The notes below the pieces were generated by a model. That model was not told where the DNA came from, did not search any database, and worked only from the letters and a program-made list of their open reading frames with translations. A stretch of 64,000 nt of DNA from Acidobacteriota bacterium (GTDB lineage: Bacteria > Acidobacteriota > Terriglobia > UBA7540). Below are positions 8,874 to 18,257 of this stretch, piece by piece. Numbering within the stretch: the stretch's first letter is position 1; each line of letters begins with the position of its first letter. The stretch is taken from positions 21,022 through 85,021 of the forward strand of contig SCRD01000025.1 of assembly GCA_004298155.1 (NCBI GenBank). The letters run 5' to 3'. Both the position numbers and the translations under genes were made by a program.

Positions 8874-8989
8874 CCCCTCACCCGGCTCGCTACTCTCGCC
8901 ACCCTCTCCCCTCGGAGAGGGCAAAAAGAATCTGATCAATCCCTCTCCCTAGGGGAGAGGGTGCCCGACGAAGAAGGGCGGGTGAGGGG
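8874..8989. repeat. Compound nested palindromic (REP/MITE-like) element, probable operon terminator
   Basis: The outer 11-bp inverted repeat is CCCCTCACCCG (8874-8884) / CGGGTGAGGGG (8979-8989). It encloses two hairpins that share the arms CCCTCTCC / GGAGAGGG, at 8902-8921 and 8941-8961. Confidence 0.7.
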
Positions 8990-9101
8990 CCATTCAACCA
9001 CGTTCCTTCAAGTCCTCCATCTGATCTGACGATTCACCTCGTGCGCCGGGCACGGGCTGCGCGCCAGAATCTGAAAGCCTGGGCCGCCGCGGAGGAGGCC
9101 A

Positions 9102-12100
9102 TTGAAAGATGCGGGGACGTTTGCCGGGTCGGGCCATTGTGCCGCATGCAGGACAGCTTTTCAAACCGTTATCTCTGTTGCCTTATTTTCGATGACTTTG
9201 GGGGCGCTGGCTTCTGGAGCGGCGGAACGTCCGAAACAGGCGGGGCCCTTGCCTTCCCATGTCCGGTACGCATCGCTGCCATTGGCCTTTGAGCAAAACC
9301 AGGGGCAGGCGAACTCCGCTGTGAAATTTCTGGCGCGGGGAAGCGGCTACGCGGTCTTCCTCACGGAAAACGAGGCGGTGATTTCGCTGGAACGGAGCGT
9401 TACGGATTTATGTAAGACGTCTTCCACTGCACCGCTTGACGGACACTGTCTTCATCACGGGAAAATCCGGAAAGATGTTTTTCGCCTCCAGTGGGTGGGA
9501 GCAAACTTCGCGCCCCAGGTCAAAGGCCTGGCCAGGCAAACCGGAAGCAGCAACTACCTGATCGGCAACGACCCGGCAAAGTGGGTGAGGGGCGTTCCCT
9601 CGTATTCCAGGGTTGAATATCACGGCATTTATCCCAGCGTTGGCCTTATTTATTACGGCAACCAACGAGAGCTTGAATTCGATCTCGATATGGCGCCGGG
9701 CGTTGATCCAGGCTCCGCCCGGCTGGAAATCACAGGCGACAACCATCATGCGGCAAAGGTACAGGTCAATTCGGATGGCGAACTCGTTGTGCAGACTCGT
9801 GCCGGCGACGTGCGGTTCAGGAAGCCGGTTGCGTATCAGCCTGTGGCTGGTGCGGGGAAGGGAAGACACTACTTTGCCGCCCGATACGTGATGGATAACA
9901 ACGGCCAGGTTGGCTTTGGCGTCAGTGGTTATGATCCCGCAAAGCCGCTGGTGATCGATCCGGTGCTGAGTTATTCCACTTATCTCGGCGGCGCCGACTA
10001 CAATTACGCGACCGGCATCGCGGTTGATGCGTCGGGTTACACCTACATCACGGGTTACACAAGCTCAGTTGATTTCCCCGTCAGTGGCGGCGTGCAGGGC
10101 GTTTTTGCAGGTGGAAACTGCAACACCGAGGTTAACACCGCTCCCTGCTTTGACGCGTTTGTTTCCAAGCTCAATCCGCAGGGAACTGCTCTAATCTATT
10201 CAACTTATCTTGGAGGGACGGGGGACGACGAGGGTGTTCGTGTTGCCGTCGATTCTTCCGGACAGGCCTACGTTGCAGGATTTACCGACTCGCTCGATTT
10301 TCCCACGGCGGGCCCTCTGCAGGGTTCCAACGGAGGCGGCGCCTGCGGCACAACGGCTTACCCGGCCCCCTGCTATGACGCCTTTGTCGCCAAGCTCACC
10401 GCCTCCGGGTCGAACCTGGCCTATTCCACGTACCTTGGCGGGACGGGGGACGATTTCTCCACAAGCATCGCGGCGGATTCGAACGGCAACGCCTATGTCG
10501 GCGGTCTGACTTCCGCTTCCAATTTTCCCGTTACCTACGGAGCACTGCAGACGAGTTACGGCGGCGGACCCTTTGATGGCTTCATGGCCAAAATCAATCC
10601 AAACGGTTCAGCTCTTGTTTATTCCACTTATCTTGGCGGCAGCCAGGAGGATCACGTAAATGGCATCGCGATTGATTCTTCAGGCAACGCCTACCTGGCG
10701 GGGCAGACAAACTCGGCGAATTTCCCGGTGAAGGGGGGCTTTCAACCGCGCTATACGGCAGCGTCGTGCGGATCGGCGCTGAGCAACATTCCCTGCTTCG
10801 AAGGCTTTATCAGCGAATTGAATCCAACCGGCACAGCGCTGGTTTATTCCACTTATCTTGGCGGGACCGCAGCGAGCTATGGGTCCGACATCGCCCTCGA
10901 TTCTTCCGGCGCCGCCTATATGACCGGCTGGACAACTTCCCGGGACTTTCCCGTCACGCCGGGAGCTTATGATACGGCCTGGGGCGGCGGGAACGAAATC
11001 TTTGTCGCCAAAATTGCGCCGGCGGGGGGAGCGATCAGCTACGCGACGTACCTCGGTGATATCTACCCGGACCAGGCGAACACCATCGCCGTGGATGGCA
11101 GCGGCGACGCCTGGATTGCAGGCTTCACCTACGGCGGAAAGTTCCCCGTAGCGTCTCCGCTGCAGTCGGCGAGCGGCGGCCTGTACGACGCCGTTGTCGG
11201 TGAGATTAGTCCGACGGGAGCCAGTCTGCTTTTCTCCACCTATCTGGGCGGCACGGGTGACGATGCCGCCAACGGCCTTGCTCTTGATTCTTCCGGCAAC
11301 GTCTATGTGGCCGGCGACACTTTTTCAACCGACTTCCCGGTTACGCCTTCAGTCATGACTACCGGCTACACAGGCGGTTCTTACGACGCCTGGGTTGCGA
11401 AGATCGGACCGCAGAATGCCGCCGGGCTTATCGCGACGCCCAATCCGCTCGTTTTCGCCAGCCAGGAGGTCAACACCACCAGCACGCCGTCCATCCTGAA
11501 GATCGGCGATGCAGGCAGCGCGGCGCTCAGTATTTCAGGGATTTCCGTGACCGGTGATTTTGCGGAGACCAGCTTGTGCGGGCAGACCGTCTCCCCGGCG
11601 GCCCAGTGTGCCGTTGATTTGACTTTCACGCCTACGGCAACAGGCACGCGAACCGGCACGCTGGTGATCAGCGACAGCGCCGCGGGCAGTCCTCACACCG
11701 TTCATTTAAGCGGCTACGGAACAAGCGGAGCGGTGAGTCTTTCGGCCTCCAGCCTGGATTTTGGTTCCGTCGTCGTGGGCACGACCAGCACGAAAACGGT
11801 AGCGCTGACGAACCCGGCGCAGTCGCCGCTCGATATATCAAGCATCCAGGCGGGCGGGGACTATACGGAGTCTAACAATTGCGGCAGCGTTGTAAACTCG
11901 GGTGCGAGTTGTAACATCAGCATCAGTTTTACGCCTTCTGCGGTGGGAACCAGCGTTGGAACGGTAACCATTACAGATACCGGTCTCGGCTCGCCGCAGT
12001 CGATCACACTGACGGGGACGGGAGTTCCGCCCTTTTCACTTTCGGCGGACCAGAGTCTCGAAACAATCCTGGTGGGGAGCGCCCAGACCCAGTTCACTGT

Positions 12101-12899
12101 GCGGGCTTCAGCCAGCGGTGCGTTTACGAATCCCATAGCTCTTGGCTGCACCAATATTGCGCCCGCCACCTGTGCATTCAATCCGGCCACCATTGTTCCA
12201 GGGCAATCCAGCATGCTTACGGTGGGCAACCTGGGCGGGCTGGCTTCACAGTCGCTAAATTTTACCGTGACAGGGACTGCTGGTGCGCCTTCCACTGCGA
12301 CCACAGGAACGAGTACATCGGCTTCCGGGACGATGACTGCATCGCTCGCGCTCACTGTGCAGATTGCAGACTTCACCCTTACCGCCTCGCCGGCGAACAA
12401 CTCCATTCAGGCCGGACAGTCAGCGAATTATACCCTGACGATTACGCCCCTCAACGGGTTTAACATGCCCGTATCTTTTGGTTGCAGCGGCGCGCCCCAG
12501 GGCGCCACCTGCTCTTTTTCCTCCTCTACTCTGCAGGTAACCCCTTCCGGCCCTGTGCAAGACACTCTCACCGTGCAGACGACGGCGCGGTCGCTGGCTG
12601 GCCCTCCTTCCAGCGGCTGGCGGGGCCGGCGAATTCTATGGTTTGCGGTCCTGGCCTGCTGGGGCTTCCTGGTTTTCGGACTGTCTTTCGCCAGAGGCCG
12701 GAGGCGGTATCTTGTGGCTGCCCTCAGGACGGCCTCGGCTTTGTTTCTGGTTTCGCTCGCACTGGCTTCGTGCGGCGGGGGCGGCAGCGCATCCACAGCA
12801 CCGATCATCGGAACCCCCGCCGGGACTTATACGCTGGACATTACTGTTATGGCGCAAACGCTGAGCCATACCAGCCAGATTACACTCCAGGTGAAATGA
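9102..12899 (+). CDS. Giant secreted SBBP beta-propeller-repeat protein with choice-of-anchor-D / Ig-like domains
   Basis: About ten repeats of YSTYLGG..D.g.giAvDssGnaYvaG.T.S.dFP. These are followed by modules of the type LDFG.V.VG..S...V.LTN.G...L.IS.I..GDF. TTG start with GGAGGAGG upstream. Confidence 0.85.
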   Translation: MKDAGTFAGSGHCAACRTAFQTVISVALFSMTLGALASGAAERPKQAGPLPSHVRYASLPLAFEQNQGQANSAVKFLARGSGYAVFLTENEAVISLERSVTDLCKTSSTAPLDGHCLHHGKIRKDVFRLQWVGANFAPQVKGLARQTGSSNYLIGNDPAKWVRGVPSYSRVEYHGIYPSVGLIYYGNQRELEFDLDMAPGVDPGSARLEITGDNHHAAKVQVNSDGELVVQTRAGDVRFRKPVAYQPVAGAGKGRHYFAARYVMDNNGQVGFGVSGYDPAKPLVIDPVLSYSTYLGGADYNYATGIAVDASGYTYITGYTSSVDFPVSGGVQGVFAGGNCNTEVNTAPCFDAFVSKLNPQGTALIYSTYLGGTGDDEGVRVAVDSSGQAYVAGFTDSLDFPTAGPLQGSNGGGACGTTAYPAPCYDAFVAKLTASGSNLAYSTYLGGTGDDFSTSIAADSNGNAYVGGLTSASNFPVTYGALQTSYGGGPFDGFMAKINPNGSALVYSTYLGGSQEDHVNGIAIDSSGNAYLAGQTNSANFPVKGGFQPRYTAASCGSALSNIPCFEGFISELNPTGTALVYSTYLGGTAASYGSDIALDSSGAAYMTGWTTSRDFPVTPGAYDTAWGGGNEIFVAKIAPAGGAISYATYLGDIYPDQANTIAVDGSGDAWIAGFTYGGKFPVASPLQSASGGLYDAVVGEISPTGASLLFSTYLGGTGDDAANGLALDSSGNVYVAGDTFSTDFPVTPSVMTTGYTGGSYDAWVAKIGPQNAAGLIATPNPLVFASQEVNTTSTPSILKIGDAGSAALSISGISVTGDFAETSLCGQTVSPAAQCAVDLTFTPTATGTRTGTLVISDSAAGSPHTVHLSGYGTSGAVSLSASSLDFGSVVVGTTSTKTVALTNPAQSPLDISSIQAGGDYTESNNCGSVVNSGASCNISISFTPSAVGTSVGTVTITDTGLGSPQSITLTGTGVPPFSLSADQSLETILVGSAQTQFTVRASASGAFTNPIALGCTNIAPATCAFNPATIVPGQSSMLTVGNLGGLASQSLNFTVTGTAGAPSTATTGTSTSASGTMTASLALTVQIADFTLTASPANNSIQAGQSANYTLTITPLNGFNMPVSFGCSGAPQGATCSFSSSTLQVTPSGPVQDTLTVQTTARSLAGPPSSGWRGRRILWFAVLACWGFLVFGLSFARGRRRYLVAALRTASALFLVSLALASCGGGGSASTAPIIGTPAGTYTLDITVMAQTLSHTSQITLQVK

Positions 12900-13158
12900 G
12901 CAGCCCGCAAAAGGGGAAGGATGGCGGAAGAACTCCAGACAATTACAAATGTCCTTCACCATTCTCTTGTTCCAGCCATTATCTGCCGATGTATTAAGCG
13001 AATGCGCAAGCTTTCGGTAGCGCCGGGCCGCAGTGTGCCGCGGCTTCGCCTGGAAGCTGGTGAGCTCAAGGTCGTGGATGGCTGAAGGGAACGATACGCC
13101 GCTCGCGGCTCAGACCTTTTCGGCGGCGTGGGCCGGGATCTGGCAGGAGGCATCGCCT

Positions 13159-14211
13159 ATGGCTTGGGGGAAATCGAAGAAACTCGTGGGCCTTGATATT
13201 GGCTCCAGCTCGATCAAGGCCGTTGAGCTGGCAAGAAAAGGCACAGGCTTTGAGCTCGTGAGTCTCGGCATTGAACCGCTTGGGCAGGACGTTGTGGTTG
13301 ACGGTTCAATTATGGATGCGCTGCTGGTTACTTCGGCTATCAAGAAGGTGGTAGCTGATAACAAGATCAAAGCGAAGCAAGTTGCCACGTCGGTGTCAGG
13401 ACATTCCGTGATTGTGAAGAGGATGACTCTGAGCGCAGTGGGCGAGGCCGAACTGGCTTCCGCAATTCCCTATGAGGCGCAGCAACACATTCCTTTTGAC
13501 GTGGCCGACGTCAATCTCAGCTATCAGGTGATGGGGCCTGCGCCCGGCGGGGGGACGGAAGTCATGATGGTGGCGGCGAAGCGCGAAAAAATTTTGAACC
13601 ACACCAACGTTCTGAGCCAGGCCGGCAGGGTGCCGGTGGTGGTTGACATTGATGCCCTGGCCCTGCAAAACGCCTTTGAAGCCAACTATGACCCACAGCC
13701 CGGCGCCCTGGCGGCCCTTCTGAACATTGGGGCCAGCACGATGAATATTAATATTGTGCGGGACGGCACGCCGCTGTTTACGCGCGACGTTTCGGTAGGG
13801 GGTAATCAGTACACCGACACGCTCCGGAAGGAACTGGACCTGAGTTTCGATGATGCCGAGCGACTAAAGCAGGGCCGTTCGCTTCTGAATATCTCCGCGG
13901 ACGCTGCGGCGCCACACCTGCGCTCGGTGTCAGAGATCCTGTTGCTCGAGATCCACAAGACCTTCGACTTCTTCCGGCAGACGACCTCGCAGGAAAACAT
14001 CGGGGCGATTTACCTTTCCGGCGGGACTGCGAAAATAGCAGGTCTGCTGGACCTGCTAAAGGAAGAGTTCCATGTTCCGATTGAAATGATGGACCCTTTC
14101 CGGCGAGTGAACATCAACCCAGCGCGGTTTGATGTGGGAAGCACAGCGGAAGTCGCGCCTCGCCTGTGCGTGGCGATGGGTCTGGCCCTGAGGAGTTTTG
14201 ATTCGCCATGA
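13159..14211 (+). CDS. pilM: Type IV pilus assembly ATPase-fold protein PilM
   Basis: LVGLDIGSSSIKAVEL actin-like N-terminus, and position ahead of pilNOPQ. I chose the ATG at 13159, which has GGAGG upstream, over the track start at 13033. Confidence 0.9.
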   Translation: MAWGKSKKLVGLDIGSSSIKAVELARKGTGFELVSLGIEPLGQDVVVDGSIMDALLVTSAIKKVVADNKIKAKQVATSVSGHSVIVKRMTLSAVGEAELASAIPYEAQQHIPFDVADVNLSYQVMGPAPGGGTEVMMVAAKREKILNHTNVLSQAGRVPVVVDIDALALQNAFEANYDPQPGALAALLNIGASTMNINIVRDGTPLFTRDVSVGGNQYTDTLRKELDLSFDDAERLKQGRSLLNISADAAAPHLRSVSEILLLEIHKTFDFFRQTTSQENIGAIYLSGGTAKIAGLLDLLKEEFHVPIEMMDPFRRVNINPARFDVGSTAEVAPRLCVAMGLALRSFDSP

Positions 14212-14249
14212 TGAAGATCAATTTGCTCGGACAGGATACCCCGGTATCC

Positions 14250-14257
14250 GGGGGGGG
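14250..14257. repeat. G8 homopolymer tract inside the 5' end of pilN
   Basis: Counted directly: ccg ggggggg c spans 14248-14258. Confidence 0.95.
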
Positions 14258-14259
14258 CG

Positions 14260-14838
14260 GTGGGTTCCTCCGGGTCGGCACGCCAGGTGCTGGTGTTTAT
14301 TGTCGCTCTGGCCGTCTCGATGAGCACTGCGGGGTTTGTCTACTACTACTGGAGCCATCAGATTACCCAGGCACAGGCTGCGCTTGCTCGCGAGCAGATC
14401 CGCCAGAAGGAACTGGCGTCAGTGAGGTCCCAGAACCAGGAATACCAGAGACAGCTGAAAACTCTGGAGGAGCGCATTCAAACCATCCAAAAGCTCCAGA
14501 CCCGGCGCCAGGGTCCAGTTGATTTGATGGAAGGTCTGGGGGACAGCGTGAACCAGACGCGGGACCTCTACCTTTTGCAGGTGACACCCGAAGGGAACAT
14601 GTTACACATCCGTGGAGAAGCTGGCCGCGTCCCTGCAATCGCGCAGTTCATCAGTGCCTTAGTGCGTTCACCCCGATTTACGGACGTCGAGTTGAAGCAG
14701 TATTACCAGGACAACCAGAATGGGCGCACTAATTTCAAGTTTAATCTGGATTGCTCCTACATTCCGCCCGGCACGGCGGACCAGACAACTGCGGGGAAAT
14801 CAAACATGGCGGCCCTGCCGGCGGGGAACGGAAGGTAA
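14260..14838 (+). CDS. pilN: PilN core (TM helix plus periplasmic domain); the N-terminal MMKINLL segment is out of frame upstream
   Basis: TM helix VLVFIVALAVSMSTAGFVYYYW, a coiled coil, then the PilN-type domain GPVDLMEGLGDSV..LYLLQV..LHIRGEA. The canonical N-terminus MMKINLLGQD is encoded at 14208 in a different frame. Confidence 0.75.
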   Translation: MGSSGSARQVLVFIVALAVSMSTAGFVYYYWSHQITQAQAALAREQIRQKELASVRSQNQEYQRQLKTLEERIQTIQKLQTRRQGPVDLMEGLGDSVNQTRDLYLLQVTPEGNMLHIRGEAGRVPAIAQFISALVRSPRFTDVELKQYYQDNQNGRTNFKFNLDCSYIPPGTADQTTAGKSNMAALPAGNGR

Positions 14839-14852
14839 GGGAGGAGTCTGTC

Positions 14853-15470
14853 ATGGCCCTGAAATTTGATGATCTGCCGTCCAGCATTCAAGCTGCCATC
14901 CTGGTTGTTGTGGCGGTTGCCCTGGCCGGAGCCCTTTTCTGGTACTTTGCTCTCCCCGAGTCGGAGCAGCTCGACACTCTCCAACAGCAGGTGAAAAAAA
15001 TGAGGGCCGAAAATGATCGCAACGAAGCTTTCAAACGCGAGCAGACGGAATACCTGAACCGGATCTCGCAGCTCAGTGACCAACTGAAGACCCTGCAGTC
15101 AATTGTGCCCGACGAACCTTCCACGGATGTTTTTGTCAGTTCTGTTTATGACACTGGCGCCAAATGTGGTGTGCATATTCGGACCTTCATCTCGGAGCCG
15201 CTGGCGAGGAAGGAACTTTATGTTGAAATGCCTTTCCAGCTTCACCTGGATGGGACCTACTACCGGTTGCTGCAGTTTTTTGGCCGCCTGGCCCAGGACC
15301 AGCGGATCGTAACCGTGTCCAACCTGGCGCTGAGCGGTCCGGAGGGTGGCGGCATGGGTTCCTACAAGGTTTCACACGATGAGACGGTTGGAGCGAATTG
15401 CGTGATTACAACCTATTACAACCGCCCGGCTCCCGAGTTGAAAGCCAGGGGAAAGAATGGACCGAGATAA
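14853..15470 (+). CDS. pilO: Type IV pilus assembly protein PilO
   Basis: TM helix, a coiled coil (QQQVKKMRAEND), and the PilO-type domain MPFQLHLDGTYYRLLQFFGRLA..RIVTV. The ATG at 14853 has GGGAGGA upstream. Confidence 0.85.
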   Translation: MALKFDDLPSSIQAAILVVVAVALAGALFWYFALPESEQLDTLQQQVKKMRAENDRNEAFKREQTEYLNRISQLSDQLKTLQSIVPDEPSTDVFVSSVYDTGAKCGVHIRTFISEPLARKELYVEMPFQLHLDGTYYRLLQFFGRLAQDQRIVTVSNLALSGPEGGGMGSYKVSHDETVGANCVITTYYNRPAPELKARGKNGPR

Positions 15471-16056
15471 GATGGGGCACGCCATGACCAGGAATGCGAA
15501 ACAATATTCGTGGTTAACCCGCAAGGGGGCCTTTCTTGTGTTGGCCTTGATGATGTTGTCGCCTGCTGAATCCACCGCGCGCGCTGGCGGCAACAATGTT
15601 GCCAACCTGGGCGCCCGGTCTGTAACGCCTGCGGCCGCCATCAGGACTGCGCCATCGAAGCAGGGCCGGAAGCGCATGACCGAAGAAGGCGCCAGAGTAA
15701 ACGTCCTTGCGGGAAAGCGCGATCCTTTCGACGTTCCGCCTCCACCGATGGCCGATGGTGGACAGGGCGATGCGAGCGGCCCGTTGCTGCCCGGAGTCCG
15801 GGGTCTGGTGATCGGGCAAATCAGTTTGAAGGGGATTGTCCGCGACGAGGAGACCAAGGCCATGATTGCAGTGGTGACGAACCGCGCCAACCTGGCCTAT
15901 TTTCTCCACATTCACGAAAATGTTTACAACGGTGTCGTCAGCAGGATTACGCCAGACGCGATCTATTTTGAGCAAAATCGTCCGGATTCGGCTGGCAGGA
16001 CTGAAGCCCGGGAGGTAGTTCTGAGACTGGGTTCTGAGCGGCAGGAGGCAAGATGA
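15457..16056 (+). CDS. pilP: PilP-like pilus assembly protein
   Basis: Sits between pilO and pilQ. It has an RDPFDVP motif and a C-terminal beta domain (ISLKGIV..AMIAVV..VYNGVVSRITPDAIYF). The start is uncertain; ATGs at 15472 and 15484 are alternatives. Confidence 0.7.
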   Translation: MDRDKMGHAMTRNAKQYSWLTRKGAFLVLALMMLSPAESTARAGGNNVANLGARSVTPAAAIRTAPSKQGRKRMTEEGARVNVLAGKRDPFDVPPPPMADGGQGDASGPLLPGVRGLVIGQISLKGIVRDEETKAMIAVVTNRANLAYFLHIHENVYNGVVSRITPDAIYFEQNRPDSAGRTEAREVVLRLGSERQEAR

Positions 16057-18161
16057 AGCGAAACTACCCTTTCGCGCTGGCAGTCATATTCGCCGTAATG
16101 GGTTTGTCCTGGGGACCCTTGCTGCAGGGCAATGCGAAGGCGTCCAGGGTCCCGCCAAAAGACCGCGCCGGCGCGCAAGCAGTTGGCGGCGCGAACGAGA
16201 TTGGTGGGACCCCTTCCCGGGAAGGACCGTTGTTGAGCCGGTTGACCGGCATTTCGATCCAAACAGTGGATGGCGGTGAAGGAACCGCCATTGAGGTTAA
16301 AACCAACCGTCCTACCAGGTACCGCGTCATGCGCATGGACCAACCGGACCGGCTTGTGCTGGACCTGGAAGGCGCGCAAAACGTGACAAACCGCTGGCGG
16401 TATCCTTCTCACTCGGTGCTGCTGGAAAGGGTCAGGGTGGGGCTATTTAGCCGTCAACATGGAGGAATTGTCCGGGTTGTTGCGGACCTTCGAGGCAGTC
16501 CCGATTACAGCATGAACCAGCAACCTTACGGATTCCGAATCGAACTGACCCGCAAAGGCAGCAGCGGGAAACTGGGCGGGCACCACACCGCAGATTCCGT
16601 TACACCGACGCAGGAGCCGTTAGCAGCGGGCACGGCGGAGGTCCGTCAGGTTGCAGAAACCACCCCAAAGCAGCCGGCTTCGAAAGAGCTAATTGAGCCT
16701 GCGCCGCCAAAGTCGCCGATCACCGCATTGATGAACGCGCCGCCGGGGCCGGTCCGCAAGGAGACAGTGGCAGTGGCACAAGGGCCTGCGGCGCCGGCCG
16801 GGAGCCCACAGCAACCCAAAGAGCAGGAGTTTGCAGGGGCTGTTCACGCGGAAAAAGCTGCGAAAATTATGGCCACAGCCCAGGAACCGGCCGCCAGAGG
16901 TGCTGATATTCCGGTTACACAGAACGCGCAACCGCAAGACGGCCCAAAGTATACCGGCAAGCGAATTTCTCTGAACTTGAAAGGAGTAGATCTCAAAGAC
17001 TTCTTCCGGTTGATCCACGAGATCAGCGGCTTGAACATCATTGTTGACCCGGACGTTACCGGCAGCGTTACGGTCGTGCTTGACGATGTTCCCTGGGACC
17101 AGGCTCTGGCGCTCGTGCTTAATAACAATGGGCTTGGCGACCGCCTGGAAGGGAACGTCCTGCGCATTGCCAGGCTCACCACGTTGACAAGCGAAGAGGA
17201 AGAAAAAAAGAAGCTGGCTATCGCCAGTGAAGATACAGCGCCACTGATCACCGTTTTCCGCCCGTTGAGTTATGCCAAAGCGGCTACCATCGCGGCCCTG
17301 CTGAAAACCTGGGTAGGCGGAGGTGCGTTAAGCCAGCGGGGAAGTGTCCTTGTGGATGAGCGCAGCAATACTCTGATCATTTCTGATATTGCCTCGCATG
17401 TTCCCCGGATCGAGTCCGTTATCAGCAAGCTGGACAGGAAGGCCCAGCAGATTTCAATCCAGGCTCGTATTATCCGGGCCACTTCAGATTTTACGCGGAA
17501 CCTTTCAACGGCGCTTTCGCTCGCCCAGAGGAACGGTTCGGGAAGCGTCATGTTGGGGGGCGCCACAGGCAGCCCGGTCTCCGCTGAACCGCTTACACCA
17601 CCAAGGGTAACGATGTCTCCGGCTACGGGTTTCGGCGTGTTTGTGCTATCCAACCTGGGCAGGAACTACGCGATTAATGCGGCCATCGCGGCAGCCGAAA
17701 CGCGCGATCAGGCCAAGACCATTTCACAGCCTTCTATCGTGACCCAGAACAACGTGGAAGGGACAGTCATTCAGGGGACGCAGATTCCGATCCAGACGAC
17801 GATCAATAACACGATCAGCGTCCAGTACGTGCAGGCATCGCTGCAGTTGAAGGTTACGCCCCAGGTGACTCAGGACGGAAACGTCTTCCTGACGATCGCT
17901 GTCGAGAATTCCTCGCCAGGTCCGGCCCTGACCTTTGCCGGGCCGACCATTAATACGCAATCGGCAACCACCCAGGTGCTTGTCCCGGACGGCGGAACCG
18001 TTGTCTTTGGCGGCGTCACGGTCCATATCAAGTCGAATTCGTCCACCGGCGTCCCTTTGCTCGACAGCATCCCTATACTCGGGCATCTCTTCAAGAGCAC
18101 AACCTCGCAAAGCAATGATCAGGAACTGCTGTTTTTTGTCACTCCCAGGATCCTGACCTAA
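16053..18161 (+). CDS. pilQ: Type IV pilus secretin PilQ with N-terminal AMIN domain
   Basis: AMIN-like RLVLDLEGA, N0/N1 NIIVDPDVTGSVTVVLDDVPWDQAL, and a secretin C-terminus GVPLLDSIPILGHLFKS. Its ATGA overlaps the pilP stop. Confidence 0.9.
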   Translation: MKRNYPFALAVIFAVMGLSWGPLLQGNAKASRVPPKDRAGAQAVGGANEIGGTPSREGPLLSRLTGISIQTVDGGEGTAIEVKTNRPTRYRVMRMDQPDRLVLDLEGAQNVTNRWRYPSHSVLLERVRVGLFSRQHGGIVRVVADLRGSPDYSMNQQPYGFRIELTRKGSSGKLGGHHTADSVTPTQEPLAAGTAEVRQVAETTPKQPASKELIEPAPPKSPITALMNAPPGPVRKETVAVAQGPAAPAGSPQQPKEQEFAGAVHAEKAAKIMATAQEPAARGADIPVTQNAQPQDGPKYTGKRISLNLKGVDLKDFFRLIHEISGLNIIVDPDVTGSVTVVLDDVPWDQALALVLNNNGLGDRLEGNVLRIARLTTLTSEEEEKKKLAIASEDTAPLITVFRPLSYAKAATIAALLKTWVGGGALSQRGSVLVDERSNTLIISDIASHVPRIESVISKLDRKAQQISIQARIIRATSDFTRNLSTALSLAQRNGSGSVMLGGATGSPVSAEPLTPPRVTMSPATGFGVFVLSNLGRNYAINAAIAAAETRDQAKTISQPSIVTQNNVEGTVIQGTQIPIQTTINNTISVQYVQASLQLKVTPQVTQDGNVFLTIAVENSSPGPALTFAGPTINTQSATTQVLVPDGGTVVFGGVTVHIKSNSSTGVPLLDSIPILGHLFKSTTSQSNDQELLFFVTPRILT

Positions 18162-18257
18162 CAAACTCGCGCACTCCCGGGCCACATCCTGCAATTCGTA
18201 GTAGAATCTACCTTGCTGAGCGAGGAGGCAAATGCTTCCTCATTTTATTTTCATACA

